A stretch of DNA of 35,900 bases from a bacterium (GTDB lineage: Bacteria; UBP13; UBA5359), in contig JAQVUQ010000001.1 in the NCBI GenBank assembly GCA_028699365.1, forward strand, positions 2,782 through 38,681, written 5' to 3'. The translations under genes were made by a program, and so were the position numbers. Shown here piece after piece: positions 26,504-35,397 of this stretch; position 1 is the first letter of the stretch; every line of letters begins with the position of its first letter. Below the pieces are notes generated by a model. It was not told where the DNA came from. It did not search any database and was given only the letters and a program-made list of their open reading frames with translations.

Positions 26504-28090
26504 TTATTTGTCAAGAAACTCTCTAATGGCCAATCCGGCTGCTATGGAGAATACCGGTGCAGCTTCGGATATATACTTATCATCGAACGACGAAGTATCG
26601 ATCATTGAAAACGGATCGGCAATCACTACCGGTATCCCCAGTTCGGCCACAAGGAAATTATCTATGTTTTTCAACCCTGAAGCGCCGCCGCTTATGATAA
26701 TGCGATCGATATTACCCGAATCTTTTATCCTGCTCCTGAAATAATCAAGTGAACGCCTTATCTCGTTAACAATATCCTGCAATGCCGGACGGACAGCCTC
26801 CATCAGCTTTTCCATATCATATCCGGAAGCATCGTCCTGGGATGATACCGCATCGTCACCGGCTGTTTCCGGTAGCGATGGATCGGTATCAGCATGCTTC
26901 TCCCCCGCGTCCTGTCCGGAGACGGGCTCGCTGACAGCTCCTGCGTTATCCGTTGCCGGCTGTGTGCCGTCACCGACATTTACAGATCCCAGATCCAGCG
27001 CTTCTATACCATACAGAGCTTCCAGAGACAACCCCTGATATCCGCCGTCATTTCCAGGCAGATCAGCAGCCGGTGTCGCAGCTTCGCCTGCTGTCTGCTC
27101 CTCTTCCTCAGGCTTTACCGGCTGCGTGAAGAAGCTTGCCAGGTCCAGCATCTTGTTTGAATCGCCTGCCGCTTCAACGGTCAGGCCGGCATCCGCACCG
27201 GCATCGGGTTCATCTGAGGCGGAAGCCATGTTGAGTATCCTGTCGTAATCCTCGACAGTCTCCGTCGACGGTTCAATGACAGATCCGGCCTCATCCACAC
27301 CGCTGGGTTCAACAGCGATATCCTGCTTCGGTATGATGGTGTGGGTCAGCTTTATCTGTTCCGCCTCGTCAAGACCTACCAGAAGAAAATTGCTTATCGC
27401 CTGAGTTACGTTCCTGCCGCCCGTCGGTATGCCACGATTGAAGCCAATATTCCCGTCTTTAATTATAGTAATATCCGTCATGGAAGCGCCAATATTTACA
27501 ATCATTATATTTGAAGGCGCTTCCTCATCTCCATTTCTGCACACATCGATAAGCGATCTGGACAACGCCAGAGGTTCGATATCGATTGCTACCAGATCCA
27601 GCTTTGCGCTGCTCAATGCCGCTATATGATTATTAACCATTTCTTTTTTGGCAGCTACAAGAAGAACCTCCATCTGGGTCGCCTCGGCGTCATCACTGGG
27701 CAAGGATTTAAAATCAAGAACAACTTCCTTGGCAGGAAAAGGTATATACCTTTCAACCTCCCACTTCATGGCTTCAGACAGTTCGGCATCACCCATACGC
27801 GGCACTTCTATCAATCTGGTGATCAACGACTGACCGGCCAGAGAGGAAACGGCGGCAGACCTGCTGAAGCCCTCTCTGGCTATCAGACGCGACAAAGCTT
27901 CTCCGACAGCTTGAGGTTCGGTAATAATGCTGGCCTCAATTGCTTCCGACGGGGTCTCCTCAATACCTATATTGACAAGACGGAGGCCGCTCTTAGTGGC
28001 CTCTATCTCTACCATCTTTATTGAGTTAGTCCCGATATCGACCCCGGTATACCGGTTCTGCTGGCCGAGGATTTTGCTGAAGAAACTCAT
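26504..28090 (-). CDS. pilM: PilM actin-like pilus assembly ATPase-fold protein with a large acidic insertion
   Basis: 528 aa with GVDIGTNSIKMVEI, VAIDIEPLAL, IVNIGASMTDITII and IIISGGASGLKNIDNFLVAELGIPVVIADPF. An extra ~170-aa D/E/A/G-rich segment sits between the AEQIK region and the RSLDYF helix. Confidence 0.88.
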   Translation of the reverse strand: MSFFSKILGQQNRYTGVDIGTNSIKMVEIEATKSGLRLVNIGIEETPSEAIEASIITEPQAVGEALSRLIAREGFSRSAAVSSLAGQSLITRLIEVPRMGDAELSEAMKWEVERYIPFPAKEVVLDFKSLPSDDAEATQMEVLLVAAKKEMVNNHIAALSSAKLDLVAIDIEPLALSRSLIDVCRNGDEEAPSNIMIVNIGASMTDITIIKDGNIGFNRGIPTGGRNVTQAISNFLLVGLDEAEQIKLTHTIIPKQDIAVEPSGVDEAGSVIEPSTETVEDYDRILNMASASDEPDAGADAGLTVEAAGDSNKMLDLASFFTQPVKPEEEEQTAGEAATPAADLPGNDGGYQGLSLEALYGIEALDLGSVNVGDGTQPATDNAGAVSEPVSGQDAGEKHADTDPSLPETAGDDAVSSQDDASGYDMEKLMEAVRPALQDIVNEIRRSLDYFRSRIKDSGNIDRIIISGGASGLKNIDNFLVAELGIPVVIADPFSMIDTSSFDDKYISEAAPVFSIAAGLAIREFLDK

Positions 28091-28102
28091 TTACATCCCC
28101 AT

Positions 28103-28131
28103 AGTGTATTAATAACCAGTATTATATTCAA
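28103..28131 (-). promoter_or_regulatory. Possible internal promoter upstream of pilM
   Basis: On the minus strand: TTGAAT (28131-28126), 17 nt, TACACT (28108-28103). A perfect TATAAT also lies at 28126-28121. This is an AT-rich 81-nt gap. Pattern only. Confidence 0.3.
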
Positions 28132-28171
28132 CGCCCATGCGCCCTTCTCCTTCTTGGAAGCGCGTTTTGAC

Positions 28172-28900
28172 CTATTTTATCATGGGCCTGGCTTTGGATA
28201 CCAGATGCAACCGGTGCTCCGTTCCGTCACCGCTGTCGGTCTTTATCACGGTTATGTCTACGGTTACAATGCCGTTTGCACTGCAATTGAATTTTGTTTC
28301 TGTTTTAACTTTGCCGACAACAGCGTTCTCGCCATATTTCGGCGGAGTGGTCGTTGCATCAGTGTATACCCGTTTCATCAATCTGCCCTCGGAGTCGGTA
28401 TAGTAGTGGATTAAATGACCATACCTTACGGGGACTTCATCTTTTGTTTCTTTGGCAAGAGGAGCTGTAGAACTATAGTTATATATAATGTTATAATTGC
28501 CACTCGTATCCTTTACTGGCAACACGACCCATAGATTTACATCATCATTATCCGTTAGCGGAACATCGGAGCCATCAGCAGCAACGTAGACGTACATAGC
28601 CTCTCTAATATCTTTGAGCACCGTATCCATGGCAATAACGGCGTTCTGCCGGATATCGACACGAGCATCGCCTTTATGGAAATAGTCGAAACCCACCAGC
28701 ATGGGCCCCAGAACCAATCCCAGCAGAATAACCATAATGGCAACTGCAATAATCACCTCTACCAGGGTGAACCCTTGTCTGGATAATGTGCTCTTCGAGC
28801 GCGTTATCGGCTGTCCGTTCTCCGCAGTAGCACTGCTACGGAGGACGGGTCGGTTGTCGGTTGTCGGTTTCGGGATTCCCATGCCAGTCCTTTCAAGCAA
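28172..28900 (-). CDS. Prepilin-type minor pilin (GspJ/PilW-like)
   Basis: SRQG/FTLVEVIIAVAIMVILLG is a class III signal peptide with Glu at +5. Start candidates are ATG 28900 or ATG 28882, giving an unusually long leader of 37-43 aa. Confidence 0.8.
   Translation of the reverse strand: MLERTGMGIPKPTTDNRPVLRSSATAENGQPITRSKSTLSRQGFTLVEVIIAVAIMVILLGLVLGPMLVGFDYFHKGDARVDIRQNAVIAMDTVLKDIREAMYVYVAADGSDVPLTDNDDVNLWVVLPVKDTSGNYNIIYNYSSTAPLAKETKDEVPVRYGHLIHYYTDSEGRLMKRVYTDATTTPPKYGENAVVGKVKTETKFNCSANGIVTVDITVIKTDSGDGTEHRLHLVSKARPMIK
28851..28871 (-). repeat. Tandem heptamer (CGGTTGT, CGGTTGT, CGGTTTC) in the leader-coding part of the minor pilin gene
   Basis: Read directly on the plus strand. In the gene frame it encodes KPTTDNRP. 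Confidence 0.8.
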
Positions 28901-28970
28901 GCCCCAATTTATTTTACTTCATGTCAGCGCGGCAGGCATTACAGATGGCGATTCAAAAAGCATCTCGTTA

Positions 28971-29723
28971 CTACCTGCCCACCAGCGCTTGGCGGGAAAT
29001 GCTTCGCTCTTTGACGCGCTCCTTCCAGGAGACCTTGACTTGCACCAGCTTCAGCGATGTTTCGGTAGTGGTAGCCGTAAGCGTGGAAGCTACATCGGTA
29101 TCCGTAGCATACTCCACATATATCAATCCCGTGCCGTCCTCAAGGCCATCCTTATATCCGGTCTTAGGATTGAAAGTGTAAACAAGTTTGTCCTTCCATA
29201 CATTGACTTCAAATCCTAGCCTGATAATATCCGTGGCCGACGGAGGAGTAACGAAGCTGACCAGGATATCGTCATCACTGAGGTCTCCGTCGCCGTCCTC
29301 ACCGGTGGTAATGGTGTAAGCAGCGCTATCCAGCACTTGGTAATCTTTATCGGCACCCGGGGCTATTTCGACATCGCTTACCGCAAAGCCTGCAGGACAA
29401 TTGAGAAAATAGAAATCGGTATTGCTGCCGTCAGGCGGAGTCTTTATCGCCGGCAAGCCGTCATACCCCAGTGCCCGCAATTCCTCCAACTGATAGACGG
29501 CCAGGGAATCGGCCACAGCCGCGGAATTGGTATGATCGATAGTTACGAAGCCCTCGGGAAATATCTTAATTACCGCCAGTATGCCTATCAGCAGTACAGC
29601 CATGGCAATCAGTATCTCCAACAGAGATAACCCGGAACGATTACCGCCGGCAAACAGCTTCTTACCTTTTGTGTCAGCCGCGCCGAAGCTCATAGCGCAA
29701 CGGCGAGTAAATTTCACAATCAT
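28971..29723 (-). CDS. Prepilin-type minor pilin (PilV/GspI-like)
   Basis: Contains GGNRSG/LSLLEILIAMAVLLIGILAV with Glu at +5. I place the start at ATG 29723, 4 nt after the upstream stop; ATG 29693 is an alternative. The 344-aa track ORF is an over-extension through the upstream gene. Confidence 0.78.
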   Translation of the reverse strand: MIVKFTRRCAMSFGAADTKGKKLFAGGNRSGLSLLEILIAMAVLLIGILAVIKIFPEGFVTIDHTNSAAVADSLAVYQLEELRALGYDGLPAIKTPPDGSNTDFYFLNCPAGFAVSDVEIAPGADKDYQVLDSAAYTITTGEDGDGDLSDDDILVSFVTPPSATDIIRLGFEVNVWKDKLVYTFNPKTGYKDGLEDGTGLIYVEYATDTDVASTLTATTTETSLKLVQVKVSWKERVKERSISRQALVGR

Positions 29724-29727
29724 AGCA

Positions 29728-30429
29728 TCACCATGAACTGACGGATGTCGGAGTATCAGCAGCGTTGTTTCTGTATCTGGCGCCTCGACCATCGCGATAG
29801 AGGACAAAGTAAACACCCTTGTGATCGCCTCCGGCACTCTTACTATCGTCCGGACCGTATTTGCCACAGAAGGGTAGCGGCGGATAATTGCCATCTGTAT
29901 CGGCAAGCGTATCACCATAGCCGGACAAAGCAATAGTATCGTCAGGACGATATTTATCAAGAAGAGCAGATCTCTTCTTATCCAGACGATCAGCACTCTT
30001 GGCATAATTATAGCTTATCTGCTCCAGATAATCATCCGGATCAGATGCATTCCCGATAAGAGTCAAGTTTGAAGACAGTATGTTCCTGCTATCGCTCGGG
30101 CACCTGAATATACTAAACCCTCCCACATATCCGCCATCTTTAAGAACTCCTGCCCAGCTTTTATACGCGCCCGTTGTACCCTCCACCCTGTCGGGGATCT
30201 TGCGATCGTTATCAAGCGAATACATCCTTACAGCTTGTCCAATGCTCTTAATATTGCTTATACAGGCGGATTGCCTCGTCTTTTCACGGGCAGAGCTGAA
30301 AGAGGGATATAATATAGCGCTTAACAAGGCCACTATAGCCATAACGACCAGCACTTCCACCAGCGTGAAACCGCTCCTCATTGAGGTCATCGTAACGGAT
30401 CGCAATTTCTTCGGCAATATTGTCTTCAC
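29728..30429 (-). CDS. Prepilin-type protein of the H-X9-DG (DUF1559-like) family; candidate major pilin
   Basis: Contains MRSG/FTLVEVLVVMAIVALLSAILYPSFSSAREKTRQSACISNIKSIGQAV plus a C-terminal HKGVYFVLYRDG, which is exactly H-X9-DG. The GTG start at 30429 has GAAGGAG 8 nt upstream. It is the first pilin gene after pilD. Confidence 0.85.
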   Translation of the reverse strand: MKTILPKKLRSVTMTSMRSGFTLVEVLVVMAIVALLSAILYPSFSSAREKTRQSACISNIKSIGQAVRMYSLDNDRKIPDRVEGTTGAYKSWAGVLKDGGYVGGFSIFRCPSDSRNILSSNLTLIGNASDPDDYLEQISYNYAKSADRLDKKRSALLDKYRPDDTIALSGYGDTLADTDGNYPPLPFCGKYGPDDSKSAGGDHKGVYFVLYRDGRGARYRNNAADTPTSVSSW

Positions 30430-30442
30430 ACCCTAAGCTCCT

Positions 30443-31255
30443 TCAAAAATAAAGCCCAAAGTACCATGTCAGTATACTTGCACCAATAAATACGGCCGTT
30501 ACGGCTCCGATAACCATATAGGGACCGAATGGGATATAATCTCTTCTAGTTTTTAACTTCGACGCCAACAGAATTATTCCTCCTGCGGCACCTGCTACAA
30601 AGGCCAGGACAAAGGATAACAGTGCCAGTTTCCAACCGAGAAAAGCGCCGATAGCGCCGGCCAGTTTGATATCACCACCGCCCAGAGCCTCGGCTTTAAA
30701 GACAGCGGAGGCAGCGACGGCAATGACATAAAAAACGGCAAAGCATAATACGGCACCGAATATGGAACCGGGCACCGAGATACCGTTTGCAAGTAACGGC
30801 AGATCAACTGTAGGCCTGGCGTATCCGGCACAGAGTAATGCCACATCAAATAGAACTCCGATAACAATGCCGCCCAGAGACACCTGATCGGGTATTATCT
30901 GGTGGTCCAGATCAACAAAGAACGCGATTATCAGCAGGGAGAACAGTATGGTATAACCGAGCAGATCAACGGTCAAGCCCTTTGAAAGATATAAAGCGAC
31001 AAATGTCAATCCAGTCAGTATCTCTACCAGTGCATATCGAGGTGAGATAGCCGATTTACAGTAACGGCACTTCCTGCCGCCGGCGAGATAGCTCAAAACG
31101 GGAATCAAATCAACAGGCGCCAGTACGGCGGAACAATTTGTACAAGCCGAACGTGGTCTGACCACGGACTTATCCAGCGGCCAGCGGTATATGCAGACGT
31201 TGAGGAAACTCCCTATAAACAGACCCAGAACAAATACTATATACGGTATTACCAA
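30443..31255 (-). CDS. pilD: Prepilin peptidase (A24 family)
   Basis: 270 aa with GSFLNVCIYRWP, a Cys-rich CTNCSAVL..CRYCKS region, FFVDLDHQIIPD and GGGDIKLAGAIG (the two catalytic Asp contexts). TTG start at 31255. Confidence 0.92.
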   Translation of the reverse strand: MVIPYIVFVLGLFIGSFLNVCIYRWPLDKSVVRPRSACTNCSAVLAPVDLIPVLSYLAGGRKCRYCKSAISPRYALVEILTGLTFVALYLSKGLTVDLLGYTILFSLLIIAFFVDLDHQIIPDQVSLGGIVIGVLFDVALLCAGYARPTVDLPLLANGISVPGSIFGAVLCFAVFYVIAVAASAVFKAEALGGGDIKLAGAIGAFLGWKLALLSFVLAFVAGAAGGIILLASKLKTRRDYIPFGPYMVIGAVTAVFIGASILTWYFGLYF

Positions 31256-31272
31256 AAAACAACCACCCTGTT

Positions 31273-32511
31273 CTATCCGCCTCCGCCGCTCAGGCCGCTT
31301 ATCAGAGACACCATCGGCATCATCATGGCGATAACGATGAAACCGACGACGGATCCCAGTCCCACAATCATCAGAGGCTCCAGTGCAGCCGTCAAGCTTT
31401 CAACAGCCACATCGACTTCGTCCTCATAGAAATCGGCTATCTTGGCCAGCAACTCATCCAGGGCGCCGGTCTCTTCACCGACAACGATCATCTGCACCAC
31501 CATCGGCGGAAAAAGCTTGCTTGCCGCCAGCGGCGTGGCAATACTCTCGCCCTCCCTGATACTGATTCTGGCATCAGTAACAGCTTTCGAGATAACCTCG
31601 TTTCCCAGCGTCCCGGACACCGTTTCCATGGCCTGCAATATAGGCACACCGCTGACCAGAAGCGTATTCAACGTACGGCTGAATCTGGCCATGGCCACCT
31701 TCTGATTAAGCGGACCGAATACGGGAAACTTCAGTCGCATCCAATCCCACTGTTTGCGCCCTGCCGCAGTGCTCGTATACTGCTTGAATGCAAAAATACC
31801 GCCACCGGCTGCAACAGGGAGAACATACCAGTATTTCTTCGAAAAGTCTCCAAGCGTCATAAGCATCATGGTCATTGCCGGCATCTGAATCTCCATATCC
31901 TTGAACATCTCCATGAACTTGGGTACGATGAACGTTATGAGACCGAAGACGATTATAACCGCCACGCTCATAACCAGGGTAGGATATGTCATAGCGCCCT
32001 TTATTTTGCGCTTCAGTTCCAGATCCTTCTCAAGAAACCCCGCCAGCCTCTCCAGAGTGGTATCAAGAACACCACCCACCTCTCCGGCACGCACAAGTCC
32101 TACGAAGAGCCCTGAGAAGACCTTGGGATACTTGGACAGAGCGGTCGACAAGGTGGAGCCGCCCTCTATCTCCTGCTGCACATTGGTTATTATCGTTTTC
32201 AAACCGTCGTTGGCAGTCTGTTCCTGGAGTATGTTCAGACAGCGCACCAGGGACACACCGGCATTTATCATAGTGGCGAACTGCCGGCAGAACAGCACCA
32301 GTTCCTTCAGGCCCACCTTGCGTTTACCCGGCAGCTTGAAGTTGAGGTTCATATTCATGCCTTTACCACCGCCGCTGCCCTTGGTTATGGACGTAACATA
32401 GTAACCCATCTCCATAAGGCGACTGGCAACGGTTCTGTCATCTGCAGCATCGATAGTTCCACTGATCACCTGTCCTGTGGCATCTTTGGCAATATAAGTG
32501 TAAGCCGGCAT
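31273..32511 (-). CDS. pilC: Type IV pilus platform protein PilC (GspF family)
   Basis: 412 aa with a duplicated T2SSF domain pattern: FCRQFATMINAGVSLVRCLNIL..VRAGEVGGVLD, and a second copy FSRTLNTLLVSGVPILQAM..VGEETGALD. Confidence 0.92.
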   Translation of the reverse strand: MPAYTYIAKDATGQVISGTIDAADDRTVASRLMEMGYYVTSITKGSGGGKGMNMNLNFKLPGKRKVGLKELVLFCRQFATMINAGVSLVRCLNILQEQTANDGLKTIITNVQQEIEGGSTLSTALSKYPKVFSGLFVGLVRAGEVGGVLDTTLERLAGFLEKDLELKRKIKGAMTYPTLVMSVAVIIVFGLITFIVPKFMEMFKDMEIQMPAMTMMLMTLGDFSKKYWYVLPVAAGGGIFAFKQYTSTAAGRKQWDWMRLKFPVFGPLNQKVAMARFSRTLNTLLVSGVPILQAMETVSGTLGNEVISKAVTDARISIREGESIATPLAASKLFPPMVVQMIVVGEETGALDELLAKIADFYEDEVDVAVESLTAALEPLMIVGLGSVVGFIVIAMMMPMVSLISGLSGGGG

Positions 32512-32515
32512 CTGG

Positions 32516-33619
32516 TTACCTCCTCTGTTTTCCGTAATCCTGCCTTGCCTCGGCGATCATCTTCTGCAGGTCAGCCGGATTTATGGCTCTGCTGACGGCA
32601 TCGTCATGGCTTATGAGGCCACGCGAGTAGAGATCCTTCAAAGATTGATCCATTGTCTGCATGCCAAACTGTGCGCTCGTCTGTATGATGGAATACATCT
32701 GATGAGCTTTGGCCTCTCTGATAAGATTCCTGATAGCCGGCGTAGCCACCATAACCTCAACGGCAGCCACTCTGCCCGGTTGACCCATTTTGGGTAGAAG
32801 CTGCTGAGCTACGATGGCCTCCAGGTTATTGGACAATTGCGTCCTTATCTGTTCCTGCTGATAAGGAGGAAATACGTCTATCATTCTGTCGACAGCCTGA
32901 ACGGCGTTGTTGGTATGAAGGGTTGCCAGCACCAGGTGACCGGTTTCGGCAATAGTAATGGCAGCGGAGATCGTCTCCAGATCCCGCATCTCGCCTACAA
33001 GTATTACGTCGGGATCTTCACGAAGAGCAGCCCGCAGAGCATTGGAAAAAGACATCGTATCCATTCCCAACTCACGCTGATTTATGATGCTCTTGCCATG
33101 GGTATGCAGATACTCCAACGGGTCTTCAATTGTTATGATGTGAGCGTTACGCTCGTTGTTGATCTGGTTTATCATAGCTGCCTGCGTCGTGGATTTACCC
33201 GAACCGGTAGGTCCGGTTACCAGAATAAGCCCGCGCGGGCGCCTGGAAAGCCCGACCAGCATCTTAGGCAGGCCTAATTGATCGAGTGTAGGTATTTGCG
33301 CAGGGATAAGACGGAAGGCACCCGCCATGGCGCCTTTGTCGCGATATATGTTCACCCTGAAGCGTGCCCGATCACGCAAAGCATAGGAAAAATCCAATTC
33401 CATATTCGTTTCAAAGCGCTTTACCTGCTCATCGGTAAGAATATCGTAAAGCATGCGCTGAACATCATCCGCCGTCATCGCTTCGACTTCAAGAGGCACG
33501 AGCCTGCCGTCAAGACGCAGCGTAGGCGGCACACCCACCAAAAGATGAAGATCGGATGCACCTTTTTCATGAACGATCCCCAGCACGATATCCAGCGTTA
33601 ACTGATCTAATTTACGCAT
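32516..33619 (-). CDS. pilT: Twitching-motility retraction ATPase PilT
   Basis: Contains GASDLHL, GLILVTGPTGSGKSTT, AHIITIEDPLEY, ILVGEMRD and ETGHLVLATLHT. I prefer ATG 33619 (MRKLDQL), 11 nt after the pilB stop. The track start, TTG 33640, overlaps pilB by 11 nt. Confidence 0.92.
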   Translation of the reverse strand: MRKLDQLTLDIVLGIVHEKGASDLHLLVGVPPTLRLDGRLVPLEVEAMTADDVQRMLYDILTDEQVKRFETNMELDFSYALRDRARFRVNIYRDKGAMAGAFRLIPAQIPTLDQLGLPKMLVGLSRRPRGLILVTGPTGSGKSTTQAAMINQINNERNAHIITIEDPLEYLHTHGKSIINQRELGMDTMSFSNALRAALREDPDVILVGEMRDLETISAAITIAETGHLVLATLHTNNAVQAVDRMIDVFPPYQQEQIRTQLSNNLEAIVAQQLLPKMGQPGRVAAVEVMVATPAIRNLIREAKAHQMYSIIQTSAQFGMQTMDQSLKDLYSRGLISHDDAVSRAINPADLQKMIAEARQDYGKQRR

Positions 33620-33629
33620 CTTTACACCA

Positions 33630-35342
33630 TCATCCGACAAATACTACCCGCATGATCTCATCGAACGTCGTCATGCCCTGCATAACCTTCTGCAGTCCGT
33701 CATCCTGAAGCGTTATCATGCCGCCTCTCCTGGCGGCAGCTTTTATCTCGTGAACCGGGGCCCTGCGCAGTGTCAGGTTGGACATCTCTTCCGTCATAGG
33801 CATCATCTCATATACGCCTATTCTGCCTTTGTATCCGGTACGTCGGCAGAGTTCACAACCCTCTCCGCGGAAAAGCTCAAGATCATCGTCGCTCTCTTCC
33901 ATACCCAGTCGCTTCAGAGAGCCTGCCGGCGGCTTATAGGAAGTCTTGCACTCCGGACAGATTACCCTGGCCAGACGCTGTGCCAGAATTCCGATGACCG
34001 ACGAAGCTACAAGGAAGGGCTCGACCCCCATATCTACCAACCTCGATATGGTGGTAGGAGCATCGTTGGTATGCAGTGTGCTGAGCACGAGGTGACCGGT
34101 AAGAGCAGCATGGACAGCTATTTCAGCGGTGTCCAGATCTCGAATCTCACCGACCATTATTATGTCGGGATCCTGACGCAAAAAGCTCTTCAGGGCGTTG
34201 GAGAAGGTCAAACCCGCTTTATAATTCACCTGCACCTGGTTGATACCCTGGAGCTGATACTCGACAGGGTCCTCGATCGTTATGATGTTCTTTTCCGGAG
34301 AGTTGAGCTTCTGCAGAATAGAATAAAGAGTCGTCGTTTTCCCGCTACCTGTAGGGCCGGTTACCAGGATCATGCCGTTGGGTTTGGTTATCATATCCTC
34401 CATTTTAGATTGAGTCTCCGTCAGAAAGCCCAGCTTATTCAAACCTATCAGAACGCTGCTCTTATCCAGAATACGCATAACTATCTTCTCGCCGTATATG
34501 GTGGGCAGCGTTGATACGCGGAGATCTATATCCTTCTCTGTCGTCTTGACATGTATACGGCCGTCCTGCGGTACCCTGCGCTCGGCGATATTAAGATCGG
34601 CCATGATTTTTATTCTGGAAGAGAGCGCCGGATGGATATACTTAGGCATTGACATGACATCATGAAGCACACCGTCAACACGGTAACGCACCCTCAGAGC
34701 GTTCTTTTCAGGCTCGACATGAATATCACTGGCCCGGTCCTCGATAGCTCGCATAATCAGCGTATTGACAACCCTGATTATGGGAGCTTCCTCGACCATC
34801 TCCTTCAGCCTGTCCACCGAGAGCGACAGGTCGGATTCGGTCTGGGTCATGTCCAGTTCCTGCTCCATCCCCCCGCCCATATCGGCCAATGCATCCTTAA
34901 CCGTATCTTCAACCTTATAACCGCGACTGAAGACATCCATTATGTCGTCTTCGCTGGCTATTACAGGTTCGACTTCATAACCGGTTATCAGGCGTACATC
35001 GTCGATGGCGAATATATTCAGAGGATCAACCATGGCCACTGTCAGCTTATTGCCGCGCCGGTTTATCGGAACAAGTTTGTATCTTTGTGCGATATGCAGC
35101 GGCACAAGCTTTATAACACCGGGATCAACCGGATAATCGCCCATATCGACGTATTCGACGCCCAACTGCTTTCCCAGCGCTTCAAAGATATCCTTGTCGG
35201 TAGCCATACCCATGTCTACCAGAACACGGCCTATAGGCTCCCCTGTTTTCTGTTTGACGGAAAGAGCCTGCTGTAATTGCTTATCTGTTACAACGCCGGA
35301 TTCAACCAGTATCTCACCCAGCAGCTTTCGTTTGTTGCCCAT
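33630..35342 (-). CDS. pilB: Type IV pilus assembly ATPase PilB (GspE family)
   Basis: Contains the N-terminal T2SSE_N pattern LLGEILVESGVVTDKQLQQAL, plus GMILVTGPTGSGKTTTLY, IITIEDPVEY, IMVGEIRD and the tetracysteine CPECK..CELCRRTGYKGR. The start is ATG 35342, preceded by GGGAGGAG. The track ORF extends 15 codons further. Confidence 0.93.
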   Translation of the reverse strand: MGNKRKLLGEILVESGVVTDKQLQQALSVKQKTGEPIGRVLVDMGMATDKDIFEALGKQLGVEYVDMGDYPVDPGVIKLVPLHIAQRYKLVPINRRGNKLTVAMVDPLNIFAIDDVRLITGYEVEPVIASEDDIMDVFSRGYKVEDTVKDALADMGGGMEQELDMTQTESDLSLSVDRLKEMVEEAPIIRVVNTLIMRAIEDRASDIHVEPEKNALRVRYRVDGVLHDVMSMPKYIHPALSSRIKIMADLNIAERRVPQDGRIHVKTTEKDIDLRVSTLPTIYGEKIVMRILDKSSVLIGLNKLGFLTETQSKMEDMITKPNGMILVTGPTGSGKTTTLYSILQKLNSPEKNIITIEDPVEYQLQGINQVQVNYKAGLTFSNALKSFLRQDPDIIMVGEIRDLDTAEIAVHAALTGHLVLSTLHTNDAPTTISRLVDMGVEPFLVASSVIGILAQRLARVICPECKTSYKPPAGSLKRLGMEESDDDLELFRGEGCELCRRTGYKGRIGVYEMMPMTEEMSNLTLRRAPVHEIKAAARRGGMITLQDDGLQKVMQGMTTFDEIMRVVFVG

Positions 35343-35397
35343 AATCTCCTCCCACGCATCTCTCTGTTTCAATACACGCCCCCGCACGGGAAGCGAT

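Noticed and set aside
28132-28171. GCGC..GCGC partial palindrome after the minor pilin gene, as a possible attenuator before pilM
   Set aside because: It has only 4 Watson-Crick pairs plus wobble pairs and no U-run, which is too weak to call.
29724-30005. Upstream extension of the minor pilin ORF (28971..30005)
   Set aside because: It runs through the H-X9-DG pilin gene in another frame. The prepilin signal places the real start at 29723 or 29693.
33750-35276. Long plus-strand ORFs (33750..34514 at 254 aa; 34662..35276 at 204 aa) antisense to pilB
   Set aside because: They are fully embedded opposite a gene with unmistakable GspE/PilB motifs. Their R/H/Q/L/Y-rich composition is typical of shadow frames, and they have no SD or recognisable domains.
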